Shown: positions 1 to 10,879, counted from the first letter of the stretch. The stretch is DNA of 64,000 nucleotides from an uncultured Clostridia bacterium (GCA_934167175.1 CAKPKF010000006.1:3069-67068); one strand, 5' to 3'. The notes: generated by a model not told the origin, from the letters alone. Translations and numbers: made by a program.

Positions 1-1
1 G

Positions 2-1574
2 GAGGCATTAATACTAGAATGTAATTTAATAAAAAAAAATATGCCTAAATTTAACGTTTTATTAAAAGATGATAAAACATATCCATATATAAAAATAGAT
101 ATAAAATCTGAATATCCAAATGTATTTATAACTAGACGAATTCAAAATGATGGTTCTAAATATTTTGGTCCATATGCAAATTCGGGAGCTGCAAAAGAAA
201 TGGTAGATTTTATAAGACAAAGATTTCAAATTAGGCAATGTAGAAAATTTAAATCAAATAAAAGAACGTGCTTAAATTATCATATTAAAAGGTGCTTAGC
301 ACCGTGTGTTCGGATATGTTTCTAAAGAAAAATATATGGAACAAATAAATCAAATTGTATCTTTATTAGAAGGAAAAACTAACGAGATAATCAAGCAGAT
401 AGATTTAGAAATAAAAAAAGAAGCAGACAAACAAAATTATGAGCAAGCAGCTATTCTAAGAGATAAAAAACTTGCAATAGAAAGAATATCAGAAAAGCAA
501 AAAGTATCTAATATATCTGAAAATAATATAGATGTTATAGGATTAGCGAGAAATGATTTATTAGTATGCATAGAATTATTTTTTGTAAGAGGAAGCAAAA
601 TGATAGGTAGGGAACATTACTTTTTTGAAAACTTGAATGAAATGGAAGAAGAAGAGATATTAGCAAGTTTTATAAAACAGTATTATATACCAAAGAACCA
701 ATTACCAAACAAAATAATGTTGCAAGAAGAAATAGTAGAAAAAGATGCAATAGAGAAAATTTTAACTGAGAATGCTGGAAGAAAAGTTGAGATAAAAGCA
801 CCACAAAAAGGAGAAAAACTTAGGTTCGTAGAAATGGCAATAAAAAATGCAAAAGTTACTCTAGATAATAAATCAAAAAATAAGTATGACATATTAAAAG
901 AATTAAAAGAGGTTTTAAATCTTGATAAATTGCCAAGAAAAATAGAATGCTATGATATATCAAATATATCAGGAGAATATACAGTTGCTGCCATGTGTGT
1001 AATGCAGGATGGAGAAATAAAACGTAATCTTTCAAGAAGGTTTAAAATAAAGGAAGTATTTGGACAAGATGATCCAAAATGTATGGAAGAAGTTATAACA
1101 AGAAGACTAAAGCACTCAATTAATAATTCAGAAAGTGGATTTGGAAAATTACCAGATGTAATATTTGCAGATGGTGGAATTACACAAATAAGAGCAATAA
1201 AAAAAGCAATCTCAAAATATGATTTAAACATAAAAGTATATGGAATGGTAAAAGATAATAAACATACAACAAGGGCACTAATAACAGAAGAAAGAGAAGA
1301 AATAAAAATATCACAAGAATTAATGAATTTAATAACAAATTTTCAAGATACTGTGCATGAAACAGCAATAGAATATCATCGAAAAACAAGAGATAAGGAA
1401 ATAACAAAATCTGAACTAGATAAAATACACGGAATAGGTGAAAGCAAAAAAACAGAATTATTGAAGTACTTTGGAAGTGTAGAGAAAATAAAAAAAGCGA
1501 CAATAGAAGAACTACAGCAAGTAAAAGGAATAAATGAGAATTTAGCAAATACAATCAAAGAAAATATAAAATAA
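2..1574 (+). pseudogene. uvrC: Excinuclease ABC subunit C (UvrC). The 5' end lies outside the window and the frame shifts +1 at position 311.
   Basis: The frame is open from base 2 (EALILECNLIKK..KDDKTYPYI). The conserved CLAPCV|GYVSKEKY junction is split between ORFs 41..325 and 306..1574. A UVR-like segment (YEQAAILRDKKLAIERI) and the C-terminal HhH region (IHGIGESKK) are intact downstream. Confidence 0.85.
311..314 (+). other. +1 frameshift site in uvrC: gtt-C-gga, with 0-frame codon CGG
   Basis: The 0 frame reads GTT CGG ATA TGT TTC TAA. The +1 frame reads GGA TAT GTT TCT AAA and continues the conserved UvrC sequence. Confidence 0.85.
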
Positions 1575-1664
1575 AAATGATATTTTCCTCCTATAATTAT
1601 TTTGTATAAATTATAAAATATAGCAAATAATTTATATAATAAGATAAATATAGGAGGAGATATT

Positions 1665-2498
1665 TTGATATTAGAAATTATAAAATTTGTGCTATATTCA
1701 TTATTAATTGTAATTATTTCAAAATATGTACTGGTAAGATTATTAAGAATTATTGCAGAAAGATTAAATTTAAAATCAAAAACAGTGGGGCAAATAGCAG
1801 GAATGGCAACTTCTGTTCCTGAACTTTTAACAATAACTTTTTCAGCTCTCACAGGATTTATAGAAACAAGTATTTATAATGTTTTAAGCTCTAATATCAT
1901 AAATGTAGTGCAATATTCAATAGCAATAGTTATAAATAAAAATATGAAACATTTAACTAATAAAGCACTGAAAATAGATTTGGTACTAGTGTTGCTAACA
2001 ATATTAATTCCTATAATATTATTAATAACCAATATACAGATTGATGTGAATATATTGCCAATACTAATAATATTATTCATTATGTGTGTGGTTATAAATA
2101 ATAATACACATAAATTATATTTGGAAAAAGAAGAAATTAATGAAAAAGAGATAGCAGATGAAAGTAATAGAAATAAAAAAAAATCGATATTAAAATATAT
2201 AGTGTATTTAATAATAACAAGTGTATTACTGTTTGCTGTGGGAAATCTGTTGGGAGAGTCATTGGAAAAATTGTGTAAAATATTTAATGTAAAAGAAAGT
2301 ATAATGGGAATATTATTAGGAATAATAACGAGTTTGCCAGAATTAATAACTTTTTTTGAATCTCAAAAACATCATAAAAATAAGGAGAGTGAAAAATTAG
2401 GAGTGATAGAAGCAACAAATAATTTAGTGACTTCAAATGTTTTAAATTTATTTGTAATACAAAGTTTTGGAATAATAATGTATACTATATTTAGCTAA
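1665..2498 (+). CDS. CaCA-family cation/Ca2+ exchanger-like membrane protein (YrbG-like)
   Basis: TTG start after the RBS taggagga. Multi-TM protein with two alpha-repeat-like motifs, GMATSVPEL and GIITSLPEL. Confidence 0.6.
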   Translation: MILEIIKFVLYSLLIVIISKYVLVRLLRIIAERLNLKSKTVGQIAGMATSVPELLTITFSALTGFIETSIYNVLSSNIINVVQYSIAIVINKNMKHLTNKALKIDLVLVLLTILIPIILLITNIQIDVNILPILIILFIMCVVINNNTHKLYLEKEEINEKEIADESNRNKKKSILKYIVYLIITSVLLFAVGNLLGESLEKLCKIFNVKESIMGILLGIITSLPELITFFESQKHHKNKESEKLGVIEATNNLVTSNVLNLFVIQSFGIIMYTIFS

Positions 2499-2582
2499 AA
2501 ATGTTATGAATAAAAATTAAAAAATTGCATATAATAGTAATAGAAAATTTCCTATAAATAGAAAGGAAGAGAAAAACTGTAT

Positions 2583-2870
2583 ATGTATGAAGAATTTATA
2601 AAGGAATATAAAATATTTGAAAAAACAAAGTCAGACAAAAACTCAGAAATAATAAAAAGTATTATAAAGACTCAAAAAGAAATAGAAAATGCGAATATAA
2701 ATTATGAATTTGCAGAAGAAGATTTAGTAGATTATTATGCATATCAAATTAAAGCTAATCAGGCAAAATTAAATTATTTAATAAAAAACGCAAAAAAAAA
2801 TGGAATAATCCTAAGTAGAATTAAACAAATAGAAATAGGTTTATCTGAAGAAAACAATAAAGTTGTTTAA
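2583..2870 (+). CDS. YaaL-like small protein (DUF2508 family)
   Basis: 95-aa helical protein with a YQIKANQAKLNYLIKNAKK segment. It sits directly upstream of bofA, as yaaL does in Bacillus. Confidence 0.5.
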   Translation: MYEEFIKEYKIFEKTKSDKNSEIIKSIIKTQKEIENANINYEFAEEDLVDYYAYQIKANQAKLNYLIKNAKKNGIILSRIKQIEIGLSEENNKVV

Positions 2871-2922
2871 AAAAACATAATTATCTAAATGTTATCATAA
2901 AATTTGAATAAAGAGACAAGAG

Positions 2923-3195
2923 GTGATATGTTTGGATAATAATGCAATAATAACATATTTAGCATGTATTTTTTTCTTATTTTTATTCGGAAGAATATTT
3001 ATTATACCAATAAAAAATATTTTAAAATTAGCAATAAACTCTATATTAGGCGGAGTATTAATATTTATAATAAATGCTATAGGAAAGATATTTGGCTTTC
3101 ATATAGGTCTTAATATTGTAACAGCAATATTTGTGGGGATTCTAGGAATTCCAGGAGCAATTTTATTGTGCATATTGAAATTAATAGTAGGATAA
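2923..3195 (+). CDS. bofA: Pro-sigma-K processing inhibitor BofA
   Basis: 90-aa protein with two TM helices and a Gly-rich C-terminal helix (GILGIPGAILLCILK), in the yaaL-bofA arrangement. Confidence 0.7.
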   Translation: MICLDNNAIITYLACIFFLFLFGRIFIIPIKNILKLAINSILGGVLIFIINAIGKIFGFHIGLNIVTAIFVGILGIPGAILLCILKLIVG

Positions 3196-3323
3196 AGGTT
3201 TAGTAGTATAAACTATTAAGCTTTTTTTATTTATTAAAAGAATTAATATTAGAATATAATTAAGATAGAAAATGTTTAAAAACCAAAAAGTAGTCAATAA
3301 TTATACTAAAGGATGGATGATAT

Positions 3324-4169
3324 ATGAAAATAGGATTAGCATTAGCAGGAGGAGGTATAAGAGGAATAGCTCATGCTGGAGTCTTGAAGGCACTAGAAGA
3401 AAATAATATAAAAATAAACATAATAGGAGGAACAAGTTCTGGAAGCTTAGTAGCAGTTTTATATGCAATGGGATATACCCCTAAACACATATATTTTATG
3501 TTCAAAAAATATGCTAATGAAATTATTGAATTCGATAATTTACCGGTTTTTTCAGAAATGAGAAAATTTGTATTAAATAAAAAAATAAATATAACAGGCT
3601 TAAAAACTGGAGAAAGTATAGAAAAGCTATATGATAGAATTTCTAATAATAAAAGCATGCAAAAAATGTCTGATATCAAAATGCCAATTGTAATACCAAC
3701 TGTTGATATAAATAATACAAAAAAATATATATTCACTAATAATATACCAGAAAAAAATGAAAAATATATAAAGGATATTACCATAGGAAAAGCAGTAAGA
3801 GCTAGTAGTAGTTTTCCAATTATATTTTCAGCATGTGAATATGGCAAACATAGGTTTATAGATGGAGGAGTATTGGATAATATACCAGTAGTTGAATTAA
3901 AAAAACAAGGAGCAGATAAAATTATAGCAGTAAATTTTAAAAGTGATTCAATTAACAATGAGAGCAATATTATGGATATCATGATGAAAACTTTAGATAT
4001 AATGGGAGATAAAATATCAGAAGAAAGTTTAAAAGAAGCGGATATTGTAGTAACTGTAAAAACTGATAGAACAGGTTTATTTGATACTCAAAAAATCGAT
4101 TATTGCTATGAATCCGGATATGATAGTGTTATGCAAAATATTAAAGATATAAAGAGGAAATTGAAGTAA
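3324..4169 (+). CDS. Patatin-like phospholipase
   Basis: GGGIRG oxyanion motif, GTSSG nucleophile elbow, and DGG catalytic Asp motif (FIDGGVLDN). Confidence 0.85.
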   Translation: MKIGLALAGGGIRGIAHAGVLKALEENNIKINIIGGTSSGSLVAVLYAMGYTPKHIYFMFKKYANEIIEFDNLPVFSEMRKFVLNKKINITGLKTGESIEKLYDRISNNKSMQKMSDIKMPIVIPTVDINNTKKYIFTNNIPEKNEKYIKDITIGKAVRASSSFPIIFSACEYGKHRFIDGGVLDNIPVVELKKQGADKIIAVNFKSDSINNESNIMDIMMKTLDIMGDKISEESLKEADIVVTVKTDRTGLFDTQKIDYCYESGYDSVMQNIKDIKRKLK

Positions 4170-4206
4170 ATTGCTTTTAATAAGAAAAAATAATCATAAA
4201 TTAATA

Positions 4207-4235
4207 TTGAAGTATAATGCAATTTGTGTTAATAT
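4207..4235 (+). promoter_or_regulatory. Putative sigma-A promoter of the metal ABC operon
   Basis: TTGAAG, 17-nt spacer, TAATAT. Confidence 0.4.
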
Positions 4236-4271
4236 ATTATGCTGTAGAATTGAATAGAAGGAGTGATTTTT

Positions 4272-5183
4272 TTGAATAAAAAAACCATAGGAAAATTTGT
4301 AATAATAATTATTGTAGGCATAATTTTATTTGTGTTATATAAGCACAATAACAAACCAAAAGTAGGAACAGTGCCAGAAGAAGTTAGCACTTTTAATATA
4401 GTAACATCATTTTATCCAACATATATAGCTACATTAAATGTTGTTGAAGGAGCACAGAATGTAAATTTGAAAAATATGGCAAACACTTCAACAGGATGTT
4501 TACATGAATATACATTAACAACAGGTGATTTGGCATCTTTAGAGAAAGCTAATGTGTTAATAGAAAATGGATTAGGTTTAGAAAATTTTAACGAAAAAAT
4601 AGTTGCTACATACCCAAAGATAAAAATTGTAAACACATCAAATGGAACAGAGACTATAAAAGATGAATCAGGAACTGAAAATGCTCATATATGGGCGAGT
4701 ATAGATAATTATATGATTCAAGTACAAAATATAGCGAGTAGTTTAAGTGCTGCAAATCCAGAAAATAGCCAAATTTATTCTGATAATGCAGAAATATATA
4801 TAGCAAAACTAAAGAAGTTAAAAAATCAATATATACAACAATTAGGAGATATGTCATCTTTTAATTCAATATGTTTAAATGAAACAATTATGTACTTAGG
4901 AAAAAACAATAACATGCATATGGAATTAGTACCGACTAACCATCAAGAAACAGTATTATCTGGAACAAAATTAAGTAATGCTATAAATTACATAAGAGAA
5001 AACAATGTAAAAGCAATAGTTATTGATAAAAATGATATAATAAAAAATGCAGAACTTTTATCAAACGAAACAGGAGTAAAAATATATAAATTGGATTCTG
5101 CAATAACTGGTTCAGTGGAAAAAGATGCATATATTCAAATTATGGAATATAATTTAGGTCTTTTTATGGAAATGAAGGAGTAG
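4272..5183 (+). CDS. Metal (Zn/Mn-type) ABC transporter substrate-binding protein, ZnuA/TroA family
   Basis: N-terminal membrane anchor followed by a cluster-9 SBP-like sequence, located upstream of the ATPase and ABC-3 permease genes. The TTG at 4272 has better RBS spacing (aggag) than the GTG at 4263. Confidence 0.7.
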   Translation: MNKKTIGKFVIIIIVGIILFVLYKHNNKPKVGTVPEEVSTFNIVTSFYPTYIATLNVVEGAQNVNLKNMANTSTGCLHEYTLTTGDLASLEKANVLIENGLGLENFNEKIVATYPKIKIVNTSNGTETIKDESGTENAHIWASIDNYMIQVQNIASSLSAANPENSQIYSDNAEIYIAKLKKLKNQYIQQLGDMSSFNSICLNETIMYLGKNNNMHMELVPTNHQETVLSGTKLSNAINYIRENNVKAIVIDKNDIIKNAELLSNETGVKIYKLDSAITGSVEKDAYIQIMEYNLGLFMEMKE

Positions 5184-5360
5184 AGGTTTAAAATGTCTGA
5201 GGTTTGTGGATTCCATTGTACAAGGATAAACAATATATCTGTTACAATAGGAAAACAAGAAATTTTAAAAGATGTAAATATACATATTCATTGTGGAGAA
5301 TTAACAGTAATAATAGGGAGAAATGGTGCTGGTAAGAGTACACTTCTAAAAGCTATTTTA

Positions 5361-5364
5361 CGGA
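5361..5364 (+). other. +1 frameshift site 1 in the ABC ATPase: tta-C-gga, with 0-frame codon CGG
   Basis: The sequence KAIL|GEVKHEGNVTFLD continues only in the +1 frame from 5362. Confidence 0.85.
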
Positions 5365-5718
5365 GAAGTAAAACATGAAGGAAATGTTACTTTTTTGGAT
5401 ATTAAAGAAAATAAAATAAAAGATATAACAATTGGATATGTACCACAGAGTATAAATATAGAAAAACATATGCCTACAACTGTATATGACATGTGTGCAT
5501 CATATGCTTCAAATAAACCGGTATGGATAAAAAAAGATGAAAAATTATATAAAGAAATATATGAGAAACTAAAAGTATTTGGAGCAGAAAATTTAATAGA
5601 CAAAAGTATAGGAGATTTATCAGGAGGAGAGCTACAAAGAGTATTATTATCGATTGCAACAACTCCAATCCCAAACTTGCTGATATTAGATGAGCCAGTA
5701 TCAGGAATAGATATAAAT

Positions 5719-5722
5719 CGGA
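5719..5722 (+). other. +1 frameshift site 2 in the ABC ATPase: aat-C-gga, with 0-frame codon CGG
   Basis: The sequence SGIDIN|GIKSFYEIVNRLK continues only in the +1 frame from 5720. Confidence 0.85.
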
Positions 5723-5931
5723 ATTAAATCGTTTTATGAGATAGTAAATAGATTAAAAACAGAATATGATATTTCAATTATACTAGTGTCACACGATTTA
5801 AGACTAGTAAAAAAATATGCAGATAAAGTGATTTTACTAGACAAAGGAATAATAAAAGAAGGAACACCTGAAGAAGTATATAAAAGTAAAGAATTTATAG
5901 AGATATTTGGAGAGATGTAAGGTGATACTAA

Positions 5932-6774
5932 ATGGAATTAGTATATAATATATTAGAAACTTTTGTACCTTTTAAATTTATAGAATATGGATTTATGAAA
6001 AATGCAATAATAGCAATAATTTTAATTTCACCAATTTTTGCAGTGTTAGGTACAATGATAGTTAATAATAAAATGGCATTCTTTTCGGATGCATTAGGGC
6101 ATTCGGCTTTGACTGGAATAGCTATAGGTATGGTATTAGGTATAACTAATGTAAATATATCCATGATAATATTTGCCGTATTGTTTTCGGTAATACTAAA
6201 TTATATAAAAAATAAAACTACATATGGTGCAGATACGATAATAAGTGTATTTTCATCGATTGCAATAGCTGTTGGATTAGCAATGTTATCTGGAACAAGT
6301 AATTTTAGTAAATATTCAAGTTACTTAGTAGGGGATATTTTAAGTATTAGTGTAGAAGAAATAAAATACCTATTAGTAGCATTTGTTGTTATATTTGCAT
6401 TTTGGTATTTTGCTTTTAACAAATTAAATAGCATTAGTATAAATCCAGTGCTTGCAAGAAGTAAAGGTATTAATGTAAAGTTAATAGATAATATATTTGT
6501 TATTTTTATATCAATAATAGTAATGATATCCATAAGGTGGATAGGAATATTGTTAATAAATTCTTTATTAATCTTACCTGCAGCATCAAGCAGAAACATA
6601 GCTAAAAATATGAGGCAATATCATTTGTTTGCAATAATTTTTTCAATAGTAAGCGGGTTATCTGGGATAATAATTTCTTATTATTGCAACATACCAACAG
6701 GTCCGATGATAGTAATATTATCTGGAATAATATATTTTGTGACGTTTATAGTAAATAAAAATAAGAAAAATTAA
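5932..6774 (+). CDS. Metal ABC transporter permease (ABC-3 / ZnuB family)
   Basis: 280-aa polytopic membrane protein with ABC-3 family-like sequence, located downstream of the ATPase gene. Confidence 0.8.
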   Translation: MELVYNILETFVPFKFIEYGFMKNAIIAIILISPIFAVLGTMIVNNKMAFFSDALGHSALTGIAIGMVLGITNVNISMIIFAVLFSVILNYIKNKTTYGADTIISVFSSIAIAVGLAMLSGTSNFSKYSSYLVGDILSISVEEIKYLLVAFVVIFAFWYFAFNKLNSISINPVLARSKGINVKLIDNIFVIFISIIVMISIRWIGILLINSLLILPAASSRNIAKNMRQYHLFAIIFSIVSGLSGIIISYYCNIPTGPMIVILSGIIYFVTFIVNKNKKN

Positions 6775-6783
6775 TAAATTAAA

Positions 6784-6819
6784 AATATTGAAGTTCTTTA
6801 ATACTTCAATATTTTTTTG
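6784..6819 (+). terminator. Rho-independent terminator after the ABC operon
   Basis: 11-bp perfect stem (aatattgaagt / acttcaatatt) followed by a T-run. Confidence 0.8.
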
Positions 6820-6842
6820 GTAAAAAAAGTACTTTTTTTATC

Positions 6843-6871
6843 TTGACATATTTACATAAGCATTGTATAAT
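6843..6871 (+). promoter_or_regulatory. Strong sigma-A promoter of the S10 operon
   Basis: TTGACA, 17-nt spacer, TATAAT. Confidence 0.75.
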
Positions 6872-7118
6872 AGATAAGCATGTAGATTTGCGATGAAGCA
6901 AGATGTGGCTACATAGTTTATATAGAATGAACTGTGGAGGGAACTCTTGTGGAGTATGTCTTGGCTGAGACCGGGCGATGAGTTTTAAATTAAATGTACT
7001 TATCCCAAGAATTTCATGCAAAAACTTGGGTTTTAATATTAGGTGTTTAAGAAACGCCAGGGTACGTTTATAACTTGCCGGTATACACATATCAAATTTT
7101 TAAGGAGGGAAATATACT
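6872..7118 (+). promoter_or_regulatory. Long structured 5' leader of rpsJ, a candidate ribosomal-protein autoregulatory RNA
   Basis: About 240 nt lie between the promoter and the rpsJ RBS. The region is visibly richer in G+C than its flanks and contains several hairpins (atgtag..ctacat, cccaag..cttggg, gtgttt..aaacgc). Confidence 0.45.
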
Positions 7119-7448
7119 ATGGCAACACAAAATCAAATGGTAGGAAGTGAGAAAATAAGAATCAAACTTAAAGCTTATGATCACGTTATTTTAGAACAGT
7201 CTGCTGTAAAGATAGTAGAAACTGCTAAAAGAACAGGAGCTAAAGTTTCAGGTCCTATTCCACTACCAACAAGGAAAGAAGTTGTAACAATTTTACGTTC
7301 TCCACACAAATATAAAGATTCAAGAGAACAATTTGAAATGAGAACACACAAAAGAGTTATAGATATTCTTTATCCAACACAAAAAACAGTTGATAGCCTA
7401 ATGAAATTAGATTTACCAGCTGGTGTTGATATCGAAATGAAATTATAA
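7119..7448 (+). CDS. rpsJ: 30S ribosomal protein S10
   Basis: Conserved uS10 sequence. First gene of the S10 operon. Confidence 0.97.
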   Translation: MATQNQMVGSEKIRIKLKAYDHVILEQSAVKIVETAKRTGAKVSGPIPLPTRKEVVTILRSPHKYKDSREQFEMRTHKRVIDILYPTQKTVDSLMKLDLPAGVDIEMKL

Positions 7449-7555
7449 TTTTAAAAATAGGTTAGAAGTATAAGTTCAAATACTTATTAAATTAACTTCA
7501 AAGCCATGCTGATAAAAATAAATAATCAGCCAATAGTTTAAGGAGGAATAATAAA

Positions 7556-8188
7556 ATGAAAAAAGCAATTATAGGAAGAAAAGTTGGAATGACACAAATC
7601 TTTGATGAAAAAGGTATGGTTGTTCCAGTAACTGTTATAGAAGCAGGTCCATGTGTTGTAGCACAAGTAAAAACTGTTGAAACAGATGGTTATAATGCTG
7701 TACAACTAGGATTTGGTGATGTAAAGGAAAAACATATAAACAAGCCAGAAAAAGGTCATTTTGAGAAAGCTAAACTTACACCAAAAAAACATTTAAGAGA
7801 ATTTAGATTAGATTCAATAGATGTTAAAGTTGGAGATGAAGTAAAAGCTGACATTTTCGAAGCTGGAGAAAAAATAGATGTTCAAGGAACATCAAAAGGA
7901 AAAGGATTCCAAGGTGTTATTAAACGTCATGGACAACATAGAGGACCAATGGGACATGGTTCTATGTATCATAGAAGACCAGGTTCAATGGGATCTACAT
8001 CAACTCCAGGTAGAGTATTTAAAGGTAAAAAACTTCCAGGACACATGGGAGTTCAAACTGTTACAATACAAAACTTAGATGTTGTAAGAGTAGATTTAGA
8101 TAAAAATGTAATATTAGTAAAAGGTAGTGTACCTGGAAATAAAGGTAGCATACTAAAAATAAAATCAGCTGTAAAGGCTACAAAATAG
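7556..8188 (+). CDS. rplC: 50S ribosomal protein L3
   Basis: Conserved uL3 sequence and operon order. Confidence 0.97.
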   Translation: MKKAIIGRKVGMTQIFDEKGMVVPVTVIEAGPCVVAQVKTVETDGYNAVQLGFGDVKEKHINKPEKGHFEKAKLTPKKHLREFRLDSIDVKVGDEVKADIFEAGEKIDVQGTSKGKGFQGVIKRHGQHRGPMGHGSMYHRRPGSMGSTSTPGRVFKGKKLPGHMGVQTVTIQNLDVVRVDLDKNVILVKGSVPGNKGSILKIKSAVKATK

Positions 8189-8206
8189 GGGAAGGAGGAA
8201 ATAGAA

Positions 8207-8830
8207 ATGCCTAAAATAGATGTATATAATGTAGAAGGTAAAAAGGTTAGCGATATAGAATTAAAAGAAGAAATATTTGGTATAGAACCAAATGAAGCTA
8301 TAGTTCATAGCGTATTAGTAAACTTTTTAGCTAATCAAAGACAAGGAACACAAAGCACAAAAACAAGATCAGAAGTATCTGGTGGTGGAAGAAAACCTTG
8401 GAAACAAAAAGGAACAGGTAGAGCAAGACAAGGAAGTATCCGTGCTCCACACTGGGTAAAAGGTGGTGTAGCATTAGGTCCAAAACCACGTTCATACAAA
8501 TATAGAGTAAATAAAAAAGAAAGAAGACTTGCTATAAAATCATTACTTAGCTCAAAAGTTCTTGAAAACGAATTAGTAGTAGTAGATGATTTTAAAATGA
8601 AAGAAATAAAAACAAAGAACATGGTAAATGCATTAAATAATCTAAAAGTAGAAGGGAAAACATTAGTGTTATTACCAGAAAAAAATGAAAATGTTCAAAA
8701 ATCAGCAAGAAACATTGAAGGTGTAAAAACTACATTAGTTAACACAATAAATGTATATGATTTACTAAAATACAAAAACTTAGTAATTACTGTAGATACA
8801 GTTAAAAAATTAGAGGAGGTGTACGCTTAA
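8207..8830 (+). CDS. rplD: 50S ribosomal protein L4
   Basis: Conserved uL4 sequence and operon order. Confidence 0.97.
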   Translation: MPKIDVYNVEGKKVSDIELKEEIFGIEPNEAIVHSVLVNFLANQRQGTQSTKTRSEVSGGGRKPWKQKGTGRARQGSIRAPHWVKGGVALGPKPRSYKYRVNKKERRLAIKSLLSSKVLENELVVVDDFKMKEIKTKNMVNALNNLKVEGKTLVLLPEKNENVQKSARNIEGVKTTLVNTINVYDLLKYKNLVITVDTVKKLEEVYA

Positions 8831-8831
8831 T

Positions 8832-9179
8832 ATGTTACCAGAAGAAGTTATAGTAAGACCAATAGTTACAGAAAGAAGCAATGACGGACTACAAGAAGGA
8901 AAGTATACCTTTGAAGTTAATAAAAAAGCAACAAAACCACAAATAGCAAAAGCAGTAGAAAAACTATTTGAAGTTAAAGTGTTAAAAGTAAACACTATGA
9001 TGGTTAAAGGAAAGAAAAAAAGAGTGGGAGTTCATGTAGGTAGAACATCTGACTGGAAAAAAGCTATTGTTACAATAGATACAAATCCAGGAGAACAAAC
9101 ATATTTAACTAAAGGTGGAAAAACAGCAAAGGTTAATAAAAAATATAAAGATTCTATAGATGAATTTATGGGAGCTTAA
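8832..9179 (+). CDS. rplW: 50S ribosomal protein L23, with a C-terminal extension
   Basis: Conserved uL23 core, plus about 20 extra C-terminal residues. Confidence 0.93.
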   Translation: MLPEEVIVRPIVTERSNDGLQEGKYTFEVNKKATKPQIAKAVEKLFEVKVLKVNTMMVKGKKKRVGVHVGRTSDWKKAIVTIDTNPGEQTYLTKGGKTAKVNKKYKDSIDEFMGA

Positions 9180-9246
9180 TTAAAAAATAATTAATTTATC
9201 TAGATAAAACTAGGAAAATAAATAAAGAAAAGGAGAGAAAACAAAA

Positions 9247-10074
9247 ATGGCAATGAAACATTTTAGACCATATACACCATCAAGAAGGAACATGACTGTT
9301 TCAGATTTTGATGAAATTACTAAAAAGACACCAGAAAAATCTCTATTAGCAAAGAAAAAGAAAAATGCAGGTAGAAACTCATATGGTAGAATAACTGTAA
9401 GACATCAAGGTGGTGGAAATAGACAAAAATATAGAATAATAGATTTTAAACGTAAAAAAGACGATATGGAAGCAACTGTAATAGGAATTGAATATGATCC
9501 AAATCGTTCTAGTAATATAGCATTAATCCAATATGAAGATGGAGAAAAAGCATATATATTAGCTCCAGTTGGATTAAAAGATGGAGATAAGGTTATGTCA
9601 GGAGCAAATGCAGACATAAAACCAGGAAATTGTCTTCCAATAGAAAACATTCCAGTAGGTACATTAATCCATAATATAGAATTAAATCCAGGACAAGGTG
9701 GAAAACTAGTAAGAAGTGCAGGACAAAGTGCACAACTTATGGCAAATGAAGGAAAATACTCACATGTAAGATTACCTTCAGGAGAAATGAGATTAATTCT
9801 ATCAAGATGTAGAGCTACTATCGGTACAGTTGGTAACACAGATCATGAAAACATGAAAATAGGTAAAGCAGGAAGAAAAAGACACATGGGTATAAGACCA
9901 ACAGTTAGAGGTTCTGTTATGAACCCAGTAGACCATCCACATGGTGGTGGTGAAGGTAGAGCTCCAATCGGTCATGCAGGACCACTTACTCCTTGGGGTA
10001 AACCAGCACTTGGATACAAAACAAGAAATAAAAAGAAATTATCTAATAAATTTATTGTTAAAAGAAGAAAATAA
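9247..10074 (+). CDS. rplB: 50S ribosomal protein L2
   Basis: Conserved uL2 sequence (HPHGGGEG). Confidence 0.97.
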   Translation: MAMKHFRPYTPSRRNMTVSDFDEITKKTPEKSLLAKKKKNAGRNSYGRITVRHQGGGNRQKYRIIDFKRKKDDMEATVIGIEYDPNRSSNIALIQYEDGEKAYILAPVGLKDGDKVMSGANADIKPGNCLPIENIPVGTLIHNIELNPGQGGKLVRSAGQSAQLMANEGKYSHVRLPSGEMRLILSRCRATIGTVGNTDHENMKIGKAGRKRHMGIRPTVRGSVMNPVDHPHGGGEGRAPIGHAGPLTPWGKPALGYKTRNKKKLSNKFIVKRRK

Positions 10075-10151
10075 TTTTATAAATAGAGTAATTATTATAT
10101 TTAAAAGATTGATTAAATTAGATACAATTCCTGAAAGGAGGAAAATAAAGC

Positions 10152-10433
10152 ATGTCAAGATCAAGCAAAAAGAAACCTTTTGTAGCTGAAAAATTATTAA
10201 AAAGAATAGAAGCTATGAATGAAGAAGGAAAAAAAGAAGTTTTAAAAACATGGTCTAGAGCTTCTACAATATATCCACAAATGGTTGGTCATACAATAGC
10301 TGTACATGATGGAAGAAAACATGTTCCTGTATATGTAACAGAAGAAATGATAGGTCATAAATTAGGTGAATTTGCTCCTACAAGAACATTTAAAGGTCAT
10401 GCAGGAGATAAAACTTCAAAAGTAAAAAAATAA
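10152..10433 (+). CDS. rpsS: 30S ribosomal protein S19
   Basis: Conserved uS19 sequence. Confidence 0.97.
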   Translation: MSRSSKKKPFVAEKLLKRIEAMNEEGKKEVLKTWSRASTIYPQMVGHTIAVHDGRKHVPVYVTEEMIGHKLGEFAPTRTFKGHAGDKTSKVKK

Positions 10434-10503
10434 AATAAAAAGAAAACTTAAGTTATAGATATAAGATAAGTGTTTTCACACTGGAGTTAAGGAGGGAATA
10501 TAG

Positions 10504-10860
10504 GTGGAAGAAATGCAAGATATAATGGAAGCTAGAGCAACATTAAACCATGCAAGAATTTCAAGCAGAAAGATAAAAATAGTTGCAGACTTAATAAGAG
10601 GTAAAGATGTTCAAGAAGCTTTAGCAATAGTAAAATTTACACCAAAAGCTGCATCAGAAGTAATAGAGAAGTTACTAAAATCAGCTATGGCAAATGCTGA
10701 GAATAATCATGGAATGAATGTTCAAAATTTATATGTTGCTGAAATTTATGCAAATCAAGGTCCAACATTAAAAAGAATTAGACCAGCAGCTAAAGGTTCA
10801 GCAGTTAGAATTAGAAAAAGAACAAGTCATATAACAATAGTTTTAAGAGAGAAAGAATAG
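10504..10860 (+). CDS. rplV: 50S ribosomal protein L22
   Basis: Conserved uL22 sequence. GTG start 7 nt after aaggaggg. An internal ATG at 10525 is an alternative start. Confidence 0.93.
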   Translation: MEEMQDIMEARATLNHARISSRKIKIVADLIRGKDVQEALAIVKFTPKAASEVIEKLLKSAMANAENNHGMNVQNLYVAEIYANQGPTLKRIRPAAKGSAVRIRKRTSHITIVLREKE

Positions 10861-10879
10861 AAAGGAGGACATTAAAAAA

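Larger units (their letters stand above)
5193..5920 (+). pseudogene. Metal ABC transporter ATP-binding protein (ZnuC-like), split over three frames by two +1 shifts at 5361 and 5719
   Basis: Walker A (GRNGAGKST) lies in frame 1. The signature LSGGELQR and Walker B LLILDEP lie in frame 2. The H-loop (LVSHD) and C-terminus lie in frame 3 (5720..5920, stop at 5918). Confidence 0.85.

Noticed and set aside
41-1574. Two separate ORFs (41..325 and 306..1574) that could be read as two genes
   Set aside because: Together, and continuing upstream to base 2, they form one colinear UvrC sequence. They are a single gene with a 1-nt frame change at 311.
4170-4262. Zur/metal-repressor box upstream of the metal ABC operon
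   Set aside because: Only weak AT-rich dyad fragments are present, and I could not identify a convincing palindrome.
6806-7090. 94-aa minus-strand ORF in the rpsJ upstream region
   Set aside because: It has no RBS and an odd composition, and it lies antisense to a promoter-proximal leader. The region is better explained as a structured 5'UTR.
7878-8078. Same-strand alternative-frame ORFs inside rplC (7878..8078) and across rplB-rpsS (9941..10189)
   Set aside because: They overlap strongly conserved ribosomal protein frames and have no independent start signals.
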